From: Bdellovibrionales bacterium
GTDB lineage: Bacteria; Bdellovibrionota; Bdellovibrionia; Bdellovibrionales; UBA1609
Direction: 5' to 3'
Assembly: GCA_028819545.1 (NCBI GenBank)
Contig: JAPPLG010000016.1
Location: 5,160 to 69,159 of the forward strand
DNA: 64,000 nucleotides
The stretch's first letter is position 1; each line of letters begins with the position of its first letter. A program made the translations under genes and the position numbers. Shown in pieces: positions 8,478 through 19,200 of the stretch. The notes beneath the pieces are model-generated. The model saw only the letters and a list, made by a program, of their open reading frames with translations, was not told the DNA's origin and ran no database searches.

Positions 8478-10079
8478 TTACATGAGGCTGTAGTCAGGGC
8501 CGGAGCCTCCCTCTCTTGGATTCCACCAGGGGCCTAAAACATCTGTAGCTTTGCAGTCCACACAGTTGGGTGCATTCACAATAAATTTTCCATTCTTTCT
8601 TTCATACACTCCAGCCGGACAAAAATTAATATAAAAATCCTGAACAGCTTCCGGAAGATCTTTGGAAACTTCCAAGTGAGAAGGAATATCATCTCTTGTT
8701 TTATTTCCGGAAAGATAAACAGCATCTGCTTTTGAATCAGAAGAAGTTTGATCTTTATTCAACAATCTTTTTTTCTGATGATCCGAAAGAAGTTTCTTCG
8801 GATTTAAATTTCCAGGAAAATAACCACCGCTGAGTATCATCAAACCCGCTTTGATAAATCCTATAATCTTTGCTTCCACCTGCAAAGTTCTTAAAACATT
8901 TCTCACCTTATACAAATCTTTACCAATAACAGATTTCTTCTTAATCACATCTTCAAAAGAAGCTGTTATGTTCCCCTGTTTTTTCTGAACTAAAAACTCA
9001 GCAGATGAAATCCCTGATAACATCGCATAATGAATACCTTTTAAAGAAGGGACGTTTACCAGCCCTGCCGCATCCCCCAATATAAAAACTCCTTCATCAT
9101 AAAGGCGGTCCGGAATACTATAAAAACCTCCTTCGGGAATCACCTTAGCCCCCCACTCCAAGCACTCTCCCCCTTCTAATATTTTTTTAAAAAGAGGATG
9201 CTCTTTCATCTCCTGAAATTTTTTATTTAAATTCCACTTGTTGGATGGATGATCCATCCCCGCCACCAAGCCAATGGAAATATTATTATTGGATAAAGGA
9301 TAGAGAAAGCTTCCTCCAAAACCTTCCAAAGGATACCCCACAGTATGGATGACATTTTTTGGAAGTTCTTTGACTTTCCATATCTCTTTTACCCCTAAAG
9401 CATATTGATCCGGATAATGAGAAGAAATATTTTTCCATTTCAACCAGGCTTGTGAAAGATTTCCCCTTACTCCATCTGCTAAAAAAATATTTTCAGCTAA
9501 AATATTCACAGGCTCCTGATACTGAGAAGTTTTTTCTCCATTTCTATCCAAACCGGAAGGTGTTGTTTGAATACCGATCACCTGACCTTTTTCTACAATC
9601 AGTTTATGAGCCGGAGTGCCCGGAAAAACATCCACACCCAACTCTTCTGCTTTTTTTCCAAGCCAGCGAACAACCTCACATAAAGAGGCTGTAAAGAAAC
9701 CCTTATTTCGCATCGTAGGAGGGGCAGGTATTCTGTATTGATTTTTTTTCGTCAGAAAATACATCTTTTCACTTTTCACAGATTGGCAAAAAGGCCAATC
9801 CTTGGATGTCATCTGAGGAAATAATTTTTTAAAAGCAACAGGATTGATAATAGAGCCGGAAAGGGAATGTCCTCCCAAACGTCCTGCTTTCTCTATCACC
9901 CCAATTTGCAAATCCGGAAGCAGTTGTTTTAAACGTATAGCTCCGGCTAAAGAAGCAGGGCCTGCGCCCACAAACAAAGCAGAAAAATTAAGAACTTCCC
10001 CTGAAGGACGTCCTTCAACAATTCTCTGATCCAAAGAATATTTTAATTGATAATCCTTTGGTATAAAACCTGAACCCAT
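8478..10079 (-). CDS. Electron-transfer flavoprotein:ubiquinone oxidoreductase (ETF-QO)
   Basis: 533 aa with an N-terminal FAD fold VGAGPASLAGAI and a C-terminal 4Fe-4S region FCPAGVYE...NAPNCVDCKATD. Confidence 0.9.
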   Translation of the reverse strand: MGSGFIPKDYQLKYSLDQRIVEGRPSGEVLNFSALFVGAGPASLAGAIRLKQLLPDLQIGVIEKAGRLGGHSLSGSIINPVAFKKLFPQMTSKDWPFCQSVKSEKMYFLTKKNQYRIPAPPTMRNKGFFTASLCEVVRWLGKKAEELGVDVFPGTPAHKLIVEKGQVIGIQTTPSGLDRNGEKTSQYQEPVNILAENIFLADGVRGNLSQAWLKWKNISSHYPDQYALGVKEIWKVKELPKNVIHTVGYPLEGFGGSFLYPLSNNNISIGLVAGMDHPSNKWNLNKKFQEMKEHPLFKKILEGGECLEWGAKVIPEGGFYSIPDRLYDEGVFILGDAAGLVNVPSLKGIHYAMLSGISSAEFLVQKKQGNITASFEDVIKKKSVIGKDLYKVRNVLRTLQVEAKIIGFIKAGLMILSGGYFPGNLNPKKLLSDHQKKRLLNKDQTSSDSKADAVYLSGNKTRDDIPSHLEVSKDLPEAVQDFYINFCPAGVYERKNGKFIVNAPNCVDCKATDVLGPWWNPREGGSGPDYSLM

Positions 10080-10144
10080 TAAGTCAACTCCTATAAAAAA
10101 TCAAATAGAAAAGCTAGTGGTTCCTTAATTACGGGTCAAGAACC

Positions 10145-10160
10145 GATTATCATTTGATTC
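10145..10160. promoter_or_regulatory. Putative Fur box upstream of feoAB
   Basis: GATTATCATTTGATTC resembles the GATAATCATTATC part of the Fur consensus. Located ~125 nt upstream of feoA. Confidence 0.35.
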
Positions 10161-10284
10161 TTGTTTACATAAATTTTTTGAATTTAATAGTATGGCGCAA
10201 AGCTTCCATGCTAACTTGGTTTAAGTCTATCCATGGTGTCCTAAAAATATTCCAAAATAGACAAAAACATAAACCGAGGGGAAT

Positions 10285-10515
10285 ATGAATTATTGCCTTA
10301 TTGATTTTCCAGTTTTAGCTCAAGGTAAAGTTGCAAACCTTGCAGGCGAGCAATCCATTTGTCAGAAGTTTTATGAAATGGGAATTCGAAAAGGCGCTCA
10401 CATTCAAAATTTAGGCCGTCTGCCCTTTAGTCAAAATGTTCATGTTATTGTAGGAAATGAAAGCCTGGTATTGAGGGAAGAAGAAGCGCGTCTGCTTGAA
10501 GTCTGTTCTTTTTAA
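10285..10515 (+). CDS. feoA: Ferrous iron transport protein A
   Basis: 76-aa small protein immediately preceding feoB, with FeoA-like size and position. Confidence 0.75.
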   Translation: MNYCLIDFPVLAQGKVANLAGEQSICQKFYEMGIRKGAHIQNLGRLPFSQNVHVIVGNESLVLREEEARLLEVCSF

Positions 10516-10517
10516 AA

Positions 10518-12368
10518 ATGTCCTCTGATTCAAACACTAATAAAAAACATATTATTCTCATTGGCCCTCCAAATAGCGGAAAAACCACTTTATTTAACTG
10601 GCTGACAGGCTACAAAGCCCGTGTCGTCAATTACCCCGGGTCCACTGTAGATTACCTGACAGGCGATCCTTTAGATAAATACAATCTGCCTTATAAAATT
10701 ATAGATACTCCTGGAGTCTATAGCATCTTTCCAAAAAACCCCAGTGAACATATTACTCAAAAAATCCTAACAGAAACCCCTGTTCATACTGTACTTGTTT
10801 CTATTGATATTTCACGACTTCATAGACAACTGCCCTTGGTCTTTCAATTAAAAGCCATGGGTCTCCCTGTAGCTGTTGCACTCACGATGACCGACTTAGT
10901 GGATCAAAAATATGATATTTCAAAACTCTCAAAAACACTAGGAGGTATCCCTGTGTTTTCAGTCCAAGGCAAACTGGGCCAAGGTGTCACAGAGCTGGCT
11001 CAGGGAATTTCAAAGCTCTCTCACAAACCAGGCACACGCATGAGTGTGGAAGATATATCTAAATTACAGTCAAAGTTTTTTGAACAAACAGACGAAATTA
11101 TAGAAAAACTTCTGCCTAAAGAAATTAAAGGCATTGAATTTACAAAAAAAGCAGACCGTATTTTACTCCACCCTATCTTTGGGACTGTCAGTTTTATCTC
11201 TATTATGATGATTTTATTCTCATCTATATTTTGGCTTGCGGCACCCCTTATGGACTTAGTGGATATGGGGTTTTCTGTTATAGCTGAAAAAACATTACAA
11301 CTTGGCGACTCTCTTTTTATTGATTTTTTATCAAATGGAGTAATTACAAGTTTTGCCGCCGTCTCTGTTTTTATTCCACAAATTTTCATTCTTTTTGCCG
11401 GTATTAGTATCTTAGAAGACAGCGGATACCTGGCACGGGCTGTTTCTTTAATGGATACTTTCTTTTCTAAAATTGGCTTAAGCGGACGCTCCTTTATTCC
11501 ATTTTTATCAGGATATGCCTGTGCTATCCCTGCTTGTTTATCTGCCAGAAACCTCACATCCCGAACTGAAAGGTGGATTGTAATTGCAGTCATTCCACTA
11601 TTAACGTGCTCAGCCAGACTGCCTGTTTATTCCCTGTTGCTCAGTTTATTTTTCTATGACGACTCCCCTTGGAAAGCCGGGTTATGGATGACCATTATTT
11701 ATTGCGGCTCTATGGTGCTTGCCTCTATAGGAGCTTATATTTTAAGTCTTGTGATTCGATCCAACTCTTCTAATCCTTTTGTCATGGAACTTCCTATCTA
11801 CAGAAGACCCCTGCTGTTCGGAGTGGTTTTAGCCGCCTGGAGAAGAAGCTTTTCTTATATTAAAGGTGCAGGGCCTTTAATTTTTATTTTTGCTTTACTA
11901 ATGTGGGGTGCTTTGAATTTTCCCAGAAATGCAGACTGGAGTCCTTCCGAACAAATGGAAAATAGTTATGCCGGACAATTCGGAAAAGCTATTGAACCTG
12001 CCTTTGAACAAATGGGAACAGATTGGAGAGTAGGTATTGGTTTAATTTCCGCTTTTGTCGCTCGTGAAGTTTTTGTCTCCACTTTAGCAACTTTATTTCA
12101 AATTACAGGTGACGCAGAAGAATCAAGTCTCCAGCATTCCCTACTAAAGAAGATGCGCTTAGCCCAAAATAAAAGAGGCGATCCTGTTTTCACTCCCCTC
12201 AGCCTTGGAGTGCTTATTTTATTTTTTATGATTTCACTTCAATGCCTGTCCACTACAGCTGTCGTACAAAGAGAAACAAACTCAACACTGTTTGCAGTCA
12301 CTCAGCTGTTTCTTCTGAATTTTCTTGCTTATTTTATCAGTGTGGGCATCTATCAAATTTTATCTTGA
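10518..12368 (+). CDS. feoB: Ferrous iron transporter B
   Basis: 616 aa with an N-terminal G domain (GPPNSGKTTLFNWLTG, DTPG) followed by a polytopic membrane domain. Confidence 0.93.
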   Translation: MSSDSNTNKKHIILIGPPNSGKTTLFNWLTGYKARVVNYPGSTVDYLTGDPLDKYNLPYKIIDTPGVYSIFPKNPSEHITQKILTETPVHTVLVSIDISRLHRQLPLVFQLKAMGLPVAVALTMTDLVDQKYDISKLSKTLGGIPVFSVQGKLGQGVTELAQGISKLSHKPGTRMSVEDISKLQSKFFEQTDEIIEKLLPKEIKGIEFTKKADRILLHPIFGTVSFISIMMILFSSIFWLAAPLMDLVDMGFSVIAEKTLQLGDSLFIDFLSNGVITSFAAVSVFIPQIFILFAGISILEDSGYLARAVSLMDTFFSKIGLSGRSFIPFLSGYACAIPACLSARNLTSRTERWIVIAVIPLLTCSARLPVYSLLLSLFFYDDSPWKAGLWMTIIYCGSMVLASIGAYILSLVIRSNSSNPFVMELPIYRRPLLFGVVLAAWRRSFSYIKGAGPLIFIFALLMWGALNFPRNADWSPSEQMENSYAGQFGKAIEPAFEQMGTDWRVGIGLISAFVAREVFVSTLATLFQITGDAEESSLQHSLLKKMRLAQNKRGDPVFTPLSLGVLILFFMISLQCLSTTAVVQRETNSTLFAVTQLFLLNFLAYFISVGIYQILS

Positions 12369-12414
12369 GATTTGCCAAAAGGGGCTCTAATATACAATAC
12401 AGGAAGCATAACTA

Positions 12415-13446
12415 TTGAAATACCAAGAAATTTTAAAAACAGCTAAAGACGAACTCTCCCAGGCCCCAGATACGAATGCTTTGTATCAAGTTCGGGTGCG
12501 CTATTTAGGAAAAAACGGGACAATCACTTCTTTGATGAAAGAACTTAAAAACCTCTCCCCTGAAAAGCGGCCGGCATTCGGCCAACAAATCAATGAATTA
12601 AAAAACGCTATTGAAGAACATTATCAAAACCGTAAAAAAACTTTAAAAAAGTCAGAAATATCCCATGAAGTTTCAAAAGATTTTTTAGATTTAAGTCTTC
12701 CAGGCCCCACACCTAAAGGAGGGGCTTTTCATCCTATTGAGCAAATTATTCAAAAGACATCCTCTATTTTTACTCATCTGGGTTATAAAAAAGTGTCCGG
12801 CCCTTTAATTGAAACAGATTGGTATAATTTTTCTGCTTTAAATATTCCTCCGGACCATCCCTCTCGAGACAACCAGGACACTTTTTATCTGGACTCTGAA
12901 CATTTGTTAAGAACTCACACCAGCCCTGTACAAATCCGAAGTTTGGAAAGACTCAAGCCCCCTTTGGCTATTATTGCTCCCGGCGCTGTTTTCAGAAGAG
13001 ATGAAATTGATTCTTCTCACTCCCCTCACTTTCATCAAATGGAAGGTTTGTTTATCGACCGAAAAGTTTCTATGAGCCACCTGAAAGGCACACTATCTTA
13101 TTTTTTAAAGGAACTTCAAGGCTCTTCTGCAAAGATTAGATTTCGCCCAAGCTTTTTCCCATTCACAGAGCCTTCCGCAGAATATGACAGCTCTTGTTTT
13201 ATTTGCAAAGGAAAAGGATGCTCTCTTTGTAAAGGCACAGGGTGGATTGAAATTGGAGGTTGTGGTTTGGTTCATCCCCAAGTTTTAAAAGCCAGTGAAG
13301 TTAATCCTGAAAAATGGCAGGGGTTTGCTTTTGGAATGGGCATGGACCGACTGGCCTTATTGGAATACGGCATTCCTGATATTCGCTTGTTTTATGAAAA
13401 TAGAATGAGCTTTCTGGAGCAATTTGAAAATGCTTTATTCTTTTAA
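12415..13446 (+). CDS. pheS: Phenylalanine-tRNA ligase alpha subunit
   Basis: 343 aa with class II motifs (DTFY, FRRDEIDSSHSPHFHQMEG, FRPSFFPFTEPSAE, GMGMDRLA). TTG start. Confidence 0.95.
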   Translation: MKYQEILKTAKDELSQAPDTNALYQVRVRYLGKNGTITSLMKELKNLSPEKRPAFGQQINELKNAIEEHYQNRKKTLKKSEISHEVSKDFLDLSLPGPTPKGGAFHPIEQIIQKTSSIFTHLGYKKVSGPLIETDWYNFSALNIPPDHPSRDNQDTFYLDSEHLLRTHTSPVQIRSLERLKPPLAIIAPGAVFRRDEIDSSHSPHFHQMEGLFIDRKVSMSHLKGTLSYFLKELQGSSAKIRFRPSFFPFTEPSAEYDSSCFICKGKGCSLCKGTGWIEIGGCGLVHPQVLKASEVNPEKWQGFAFGMGMDRLALLEYGIPDIRLFYENRMSFLEQFENALFF

Positions 13447-15895
13447 TTGGTTAAATGAATTTATTTCCCTTTCAGACCTTCAACCGCAGGACTTAGCTCA
13501 ACTGCTGAATGAAAGAGGCTTGGAAGTGGAAGCTTTATCCTCTGAGAAATTAGATCATGTGGTTATCGGTCAGATCACCAAAATTTACCCTCATCCTAAT
13601 GCTGATAAACTTCAAATATGCCATGTAAAAAAAGATAAAGACCAGGCTCCCCTATCTATAGTATGTGGAGCAAAAAATCCAAAAACTGGAGACAAAGTGG
13701 TTCTCTGTTTGGAAGGGGCGGTTCTTCCTGGAAATTTTAAAATTCAGGAAAGAAAAATTCGAGGAGAACTCAGTCAGGGAATACTTGCTTCCAAAAAAGA
13801 ACTTGGAATCTCTTCTGAAGACGACGGGGGTATTTTCATTTTACCCACATCTGCTCCCATTGGAAGCAGACTGGATGAATACTTAAAAACAAATGACACT
13901 ATTTTAGACGTATTTATTCCTCCCAACCGGGTGGATTTAATGAGCCACATTGGACTGGCACGGGAGCTTTCAAGCTTATTGGACAAACCTTTTCGCTTCC
14001 CTTTTGAACCTTATCATCATAAATCAAACACTTCCAACTTAGGAATTCCCAAAGGGCAAATGAAATATTCCAAAAGCCCTAAACTTCCTTTTGTTCCTTA
14101 CAAAAATTCTTTTAATGTCAAAGTATATGAAACTGATATTTGCCCCTATTACAGCGGACAAATGATGAAAGACGTACAAATCGGCCCCTCCCCCTACTGG
14201 CTTAAAAAAAGATTGGAATTGTTGGGTGTCAATTCTGTGAACAACATTGTTGATATCACCACCTGGATTTTACTGGAATGGGGCCAGCCTCTTCATGCCT
14301 TCGACTTGGACACTTTAGAAGGAGGCATCCACGTCAAAAAAGCAAAGTCCAAAGATCAAATGCTGGCTTTAAATGAAGATCAACTGACATTTCGAGGCGA
14401 TGAATTAGTCATTCGCGATGATAAAAAAAATCTGGCTTTAGCAGGTGTCATTGGCGGAAAAAGCAGTGCTATTTCTGATAAAACAAAAAATATTTTTATT
14501 GAATCCGCTGTATTTGCTCCTTATGACGTTCGACGTACTGCCAGGAGACTTGGCTTAAATACAGCATCCTCCTTTCAGTTTTCAAGAGGTGTCTTTCCCC
14601 ACACATCAATGCTGGCTCTACAAAGAGCCTGCTCACTGATCCAACAAGTTGCAGGAGGCTCTTTACAGGGAAGTCCTTACGAAGAAGGATCTTTTTCATT
14701 TGCACAAAAATCCATTACTATCAACCAAGAACAACTCAATGAACGTCTAGGGTATGAAGTTCCTCTGAATGAATTTACCGATTGGATGAAAAAAATGAAC
14801 TCCAAAGTGACAAAAAGATTTAGCAACATAAAAGTCACTCCTCCTTATTACAGAAAAGATGTAAATATTAAAGAAGATCTTATTGAAGAGTGGGCCAGGC
14901 TGAAGGGTTATGATTTTGTGCCGAAAGAGCTTCCGGTCTTTGCTCCTCAAAAATCTTTAAACAATAAGGAATTGAACTTTCTTGAGCGGATCAAACATAC
15001 TGTTAAAGAGCAAGGATATTATCAGGCTATTAATTATAGTTTTGTAGATCATACACTGCATAGTGAATTTTTAGGTGAAAAACCTGTTGCAGATATACCT
15101 CTTGGCCCTCCTATTTTTCTCACTAACCCCATCACTCAGGATTTGAACAGTCTTCGCCAGAGTTTGCTCCCCGGGCTTTTTCAAAATTTACTTTTTAATA
15201 TGCGGCATGGAGAAGATTTCGGACGGCTTTTCGAACAAGGGATCAGTTTTTTTAAAACAGGAAATAGGTTTGAAGAAAAACAGTATTTATCTTTTATGGT
15301 GTGGGGGCAAAAAAAAGACATATGGAATTCCAATCCACGTCCAACTCTTTTTGATTTGAAAAGCTCTATAGACAATTTATTAACATTGATTCAGGCTCCT
15401 GATTGGACTTGGACGGATTTTGAAGGTTCATTTCCATTTTTACATACAAAAAGACGCCTTTTACTAAAAATACAGGGGCAAACAGTGGGTTTTATTGGAG
15501 CTATCAACCCTATGTTGTCAGATCAAAATAAAATTCGAGGTGATATCTCGATGGGGGAGCTAAATCTATCTTTACTCTTGAATATTCCAAAAACAGAGTT
15601 CAAGTTCCAAAAACCTTCCCTCTTACCTTCTGTAAAAAGAGATATCTCCCTTCTCATCCCTAATGAGCAAAATGTAGAAGAAATTTTAAATTTTATGAAA
15701 AGTCATGCTCCTGCAGAATTCCGTCAAATCTCTCTTGTTGATTATTATGAAGGGGTTCAGAAGGGATTTCGATCTGTTTCTTTCCGTTTTATCATTCAAG
15801 GTTCTGATAAAACCCTCTCTGAAAAGCAAATCAGCTCCCTTCAACAGCCTATGGTAAAGGCTCTGTTAAAAAAATATCCTGTTCAGATTCGATAA
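13424..15895 (+). CDS. pheT: Phenylalanine-tRNA ligase beta subunit
   Basis: 823 aa with an N-terminal FNWLNEF and tRNA-binding domain (HPNADKL), plus B3/4, B5 and C-terminal FDX-ACB-like regions. Overlaps the pheS stop. Confidence 0.95.
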   Translation: MKMLYSFNWLNEFISLSDLQPQDLAQLLNERGLEVEALSSEKLDHVVIGQITKIYPHPNADKLQICHVKKDKDQAPLSIVCGAKNPKTGDKVVLCLEGAVLPGNFKIQERKIRGELSQGILASKKELGISSEDDGGIFILPTSAPIGSRLDEYLKTNDTILDVFIPPNRVDLMSHIGLARELSSLLDKPFRFPFEPYHHKSNTSNLGIPKGQMKYSKSPKLPFVPYKNSFNVKVYETDICPYYSGQMMKDVQIGPSPYWLKKRLELLGVNSVNNIVDITTWILLEWGQPLHAFDLDTLEGGIHVKKAKSKDQMLALNEDQLTFRGDELVIRDDKKNLALAGVIGGKSSAISDKTKNIFIESAVFAPYDVRRTARRLGLNTASSFQFSRGVFPHTSMLALQRACSLIQQVAGGSLQGSPYEEGSFSFAQKSITINQEQLNERLGYEVPLNEFTDWMKKMNSKVTKRFSNIKVTPPYYRKDVNIKEDLIEEWARLKGYDFVPKELPVFAPQKSLNNKELNFLERIKHTVKEQGYYQAINYSFVDHTLHSEFLGEKPVADIPLGPPIFLTNPITQDLNSLRQSLLPGLFQNLLFNMRHGEDFGRLFEQGISFFKTGNRFEEKQYLSFMVWGQKKDIWNSNPRPTLFDLKSSIDNLLTLIQAPDWTWTDFEGSFPFLHTKRRLLLKIQGQTVGFIGAINPMLSDQNKIRGDISMGELNLSLLLNIPKTEFKFQKPSLLPSVKRDISLLIPNEQNVEEILNFMKSHAPAEFRQISLVDYYEGVQKGFRSVSFRFIIQGSDKTLSEKQISSLQQPMVKALLKKYPVQIR

Positions 15896-15896
15896 A
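15833..15896 (+). repeat. Native pheT terminus: 64-bp sequence repeated perfectly at 23638-23701
   Basis: AGCTCCCTTCAACAGCCTATGGTAAAGGCTCTGTTAAAAAAATATCCTGTTCAGATTCGATAAA is identical at both positions. A diverged third copy lies at 22007-22053. Confidence 0.95.
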
Positions 15897-15960
15897 CCAC
15901 AAGCCATTCTTGTACGTAAAAGTTATTCTGAACTTGTTTCAGAATCCAGTGCATAGGAAA

Positions 15961-16065
15961 TACTTTGTATAAGCGGCTCAAAGCTCAAACATGCGTTTGC
16001 CACAGAACAACTTTCAGTCGTTCTGTGATCAAATCCGAACTCATTTGAGCCGCTTATACAAAGTA
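15961..16065. repeat. IR-flanked hairpin-core element, copy 1 (core in reverse orientation)
   Basis: 22-bp perfect IRs TACTTTGTATAAGCGGCTCAAA / TTTGAGCCGCTTATACAAAGTA flank a 61-nt core at 15983-16043. Confidence 0.9.
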
Positions 16066-16272
16066 TGTCCCTGCAAAGACAGGAGGCCAGCTTATATGCT
16101 ATGTAAAGGCTTGTTCTGTAAATTCCACCTAATATTACTCTATACATATAAAAGTTCTGTTAAAAACAAAGTAATTGAAAAATTTACACTTTTCTAAACA
16201 TCCTCTGTCAGTTTTATGAAGATTATGGTATAAAAACAAATCCATAACGTTGCTAAAGAGGATGTATTTTAC

Positions 16273-19200
16273 ATGAATACCCTGATTAAAAGTGTGTATT
16301 TAAAAAGCTGTACCCATTTTTTGTTTGTTTTCTTTTTTACACTTCCATCTCAATCTTTAGAGGAAACTTTCAATCTTTCACGCCCCTTCACAGTAACACA
16401 ATCTAGTTATCGACCAAATACTTTAGAAGAAAGCTTATATTACATGGAACTTTATGAGTTTCTTTCTAAAAATAAACATGCATTATCACTTTTAGAGTCT
16501 GCTCGAAAAGGCGGTGTACACTACAATTCTGCTCAATCAGAATTCAACAGATATTTATCAAACCCAGTATCTAATTTGAGAGAAGGTTTTGATTTGATAA
16601 ACAGAAATACTCATTTGAAGGCCAAAGCTCAGATAGGGGCTAAAATTTCAAATGCAGATATTGGATTATCCGCTGAAGTAGATTTAAAACGCCTTGGAAA
16701 TGACATATTAAATAGCTTGAGTAGTAAAGAATACAATCAAAAAGTTACAGACACTGCCCAGTTTTATACAAGAGAGATTTATGCGTGCTTAGAAAATAAT
16801 AATCAATGCTCTATAAATGCTCAAGTTCATCAAATACAAGCCTTGAAAGCCATACGATTCCATTTTCACGATTTTCCACAAGACAAAGATCAAGAAGGAA
16901 ATCGTTTAAACTTTGAAGAAAAATCCCAATATGCTTCTCCAGCACAAATAGAAATGGCAACTACTCTTTTTAATACTCATCAGCTACGAAGTATCTCAAC
17001 ACAAAATGAACAGAACACAGAAGAAATAATAAACGCCGTGAATACAAATACAGAGAGTGCTCAACAAATATCTCAGAAAGAAAAAGAGGAAATAATAACA
17101 GCAATAAATAAACATACAAAAAATATACAAGAGTCAGCTCTTATAGAAATGGAAAGGCTAGAACATCTAAGAAGAGAAAATATGAGACAAAACGATCCAG
17201 ATTATATGAATAGAGACCCAATTGTTCTGGCTACAAATAATAGTATTCAATCATGGGAAAAAGAAAAAGAACAAATCGCATCAGAGCTAGAGCAAGGCTC
17301 CATCACACAGGAAGAATACAGTAAAGAAATAGAAAACATTGATCGTACAATAAAAGAAAAACAGATAGATATTCAAGTTTATGAATTTAAAAAACACATA
17401 CAAAACGGAATAGCATGGGCGAATGCTGTAGAAGCAACTGGAAGAGTATTAGGAGCTCCAGAAGAGATCATCCAATTAAGCCGTGCAGGCTCAGCCAGCA
17501 TGCAAACAATCGGTGCTATAGGATCTATGTTTATAGCAGGATCCATAGACCCCACAGGGCTGACTTTAGCCCTTAATGGTGTTTCAATGCTTATCACAGC
17601 AATTTCAAATAATCCTAACTCAGAACAAATAATGATAGAACTGCTTGATGGCTTAAGAAAAAGACAAATACAAATTCTAAATAAACTTAATGAGATAGAC
17701 TTTAAAGTTGAAGAAATTCAACTCAAAGTGAATCATATTATTGAAATACTCCAAATGAATCATAATCAAATAACAGAAAAATTAGATCGAATTACAGATG
17801 ATCTGCAAAGAATTGAAAGTGAAATGATACTTGCAATAACAGAAGCAAAGTCCACTACAATGAAAGAGTCCCAAAAAAGAGGAGCTTTTTTTACTGATGA
17901 CGGCAGGGTGGTATTGGATGTATTAGAAAATTGGGAAAGACCTCATTTGAATGAAGTTATATCTCAATGTAAACACTATAAAGATCAATACGATAAAACT
18001 GGAAATATTAGATTTTACGACGACTATAATTGGTGTATTGATAAAGCTAGAAACCAACTCTTCATGATACAAGAAAGTTTGTCTGATATGTATCAAAAAT
18101 CCAGACACCGTTTTGGATCAGACACTTATATTGTGGAACAAAGTATTAATAAACTGAGCATTGAACAAGTTATTGATGAATGGAATAAATTAGTAGAAGA
18201 CCGAATTGGGATTTTCTCATCTATACACCCTTGGTTGAATCAACAATATTCAAAATATATGGCAAGCGACAGAAGATTCGGAGGCTTGTGGGCGGAAAGC
18301 CAGCCTCAGTGGGATGAATACAGACAGTTTTTAAACCGCATAAGAGAGGTGAATATTAAACATCCCTTATTTTATGATGAAGTTTTATCAGTATATGCAC
18401 CTTTAACAGAAAAACTTCCACTCCCCAAAAATCTCAGTTTTATCACAGAATCTAACATCACAGACTATAAAGATGCTCACCTGACTGAAATGTGCCAAAA
18501 TCTGAAACATATTGAAGATTTGTCTCAATACAATAGAGACCACCTCCAAAGAGCATGGCTGGTTTACCTTTATCTATCTGATCAATTGAAAAGGCAATTA
18601 AATAATCTAATGGAGAAACATATTGATCAATTAATAGAAAGACACGAAGAGCAAAGTAATAGCTTTGTTAACACTCCCGCCCTAAAAGAGCCAGACTGTA
18701 ACTGCAGTAGTAATTATGCACAAACAGAAGCAAAATTTTTCCAATATATATCCAGCCAAAAACAAACAGATATTTTTAGATACATTCAAAATCAAGGATA
18801 CAATATACATGATTTTATGAATATAAATCCTGAAGAAACTGCTCGAAAAGCCAGCAGGCGCCCTCATATAACCAACCCCTATCTTCTTCAAGAAGGATTT
18901 TTCAAAACTGTTCAAACTGGATGTGGAATGACAAGTAAAGGCCAGAGAAAAGACGTGGCCGATTTAAATCAACCCAAACAAGCAGAATTATTTGAAAAAA
19001 CACTGGAAGAAGTGCGAAGAGGATCACAAGGTGGCTGCTGGTTTATTGATCAATACGGTCTTTTTGGACAAACAGGCCAAAAAATACAATTAAGTCAACA
19101 GACAGGGCCTTATGAGTTTGAAGGTAGAGCTTTGGAAACAATGTGCCCCATTTTCGTTGTGAAGAAAACAGAAGGAACTATGAAAGATGAAGTGCAAAAG

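Noticed and set aside
15926-15946. The hairpin TTCTGAA-cttgt-TTCAGAA about 30 nt after the pheT stop as a terminator.
   Set aside because: It is a 7-bp AT-rich stem with no following T-run. It is part of the duplicated left-end module, so its role is unclear and it is not called as a terminator.
15923-16197. Track ORFs 15923-16147(-), 15991-16197(+), 22173-22439(+), 47072-47254(+) and 47619-47906(+) crossing the repeat elements or the tRNA.
   Set aside because: They run through inverted-repeat or tandem-repeat DNA, or through the tRNA-Gln gene. They are not conserved between repeat copies in frame and have no ribosome-binding sites.
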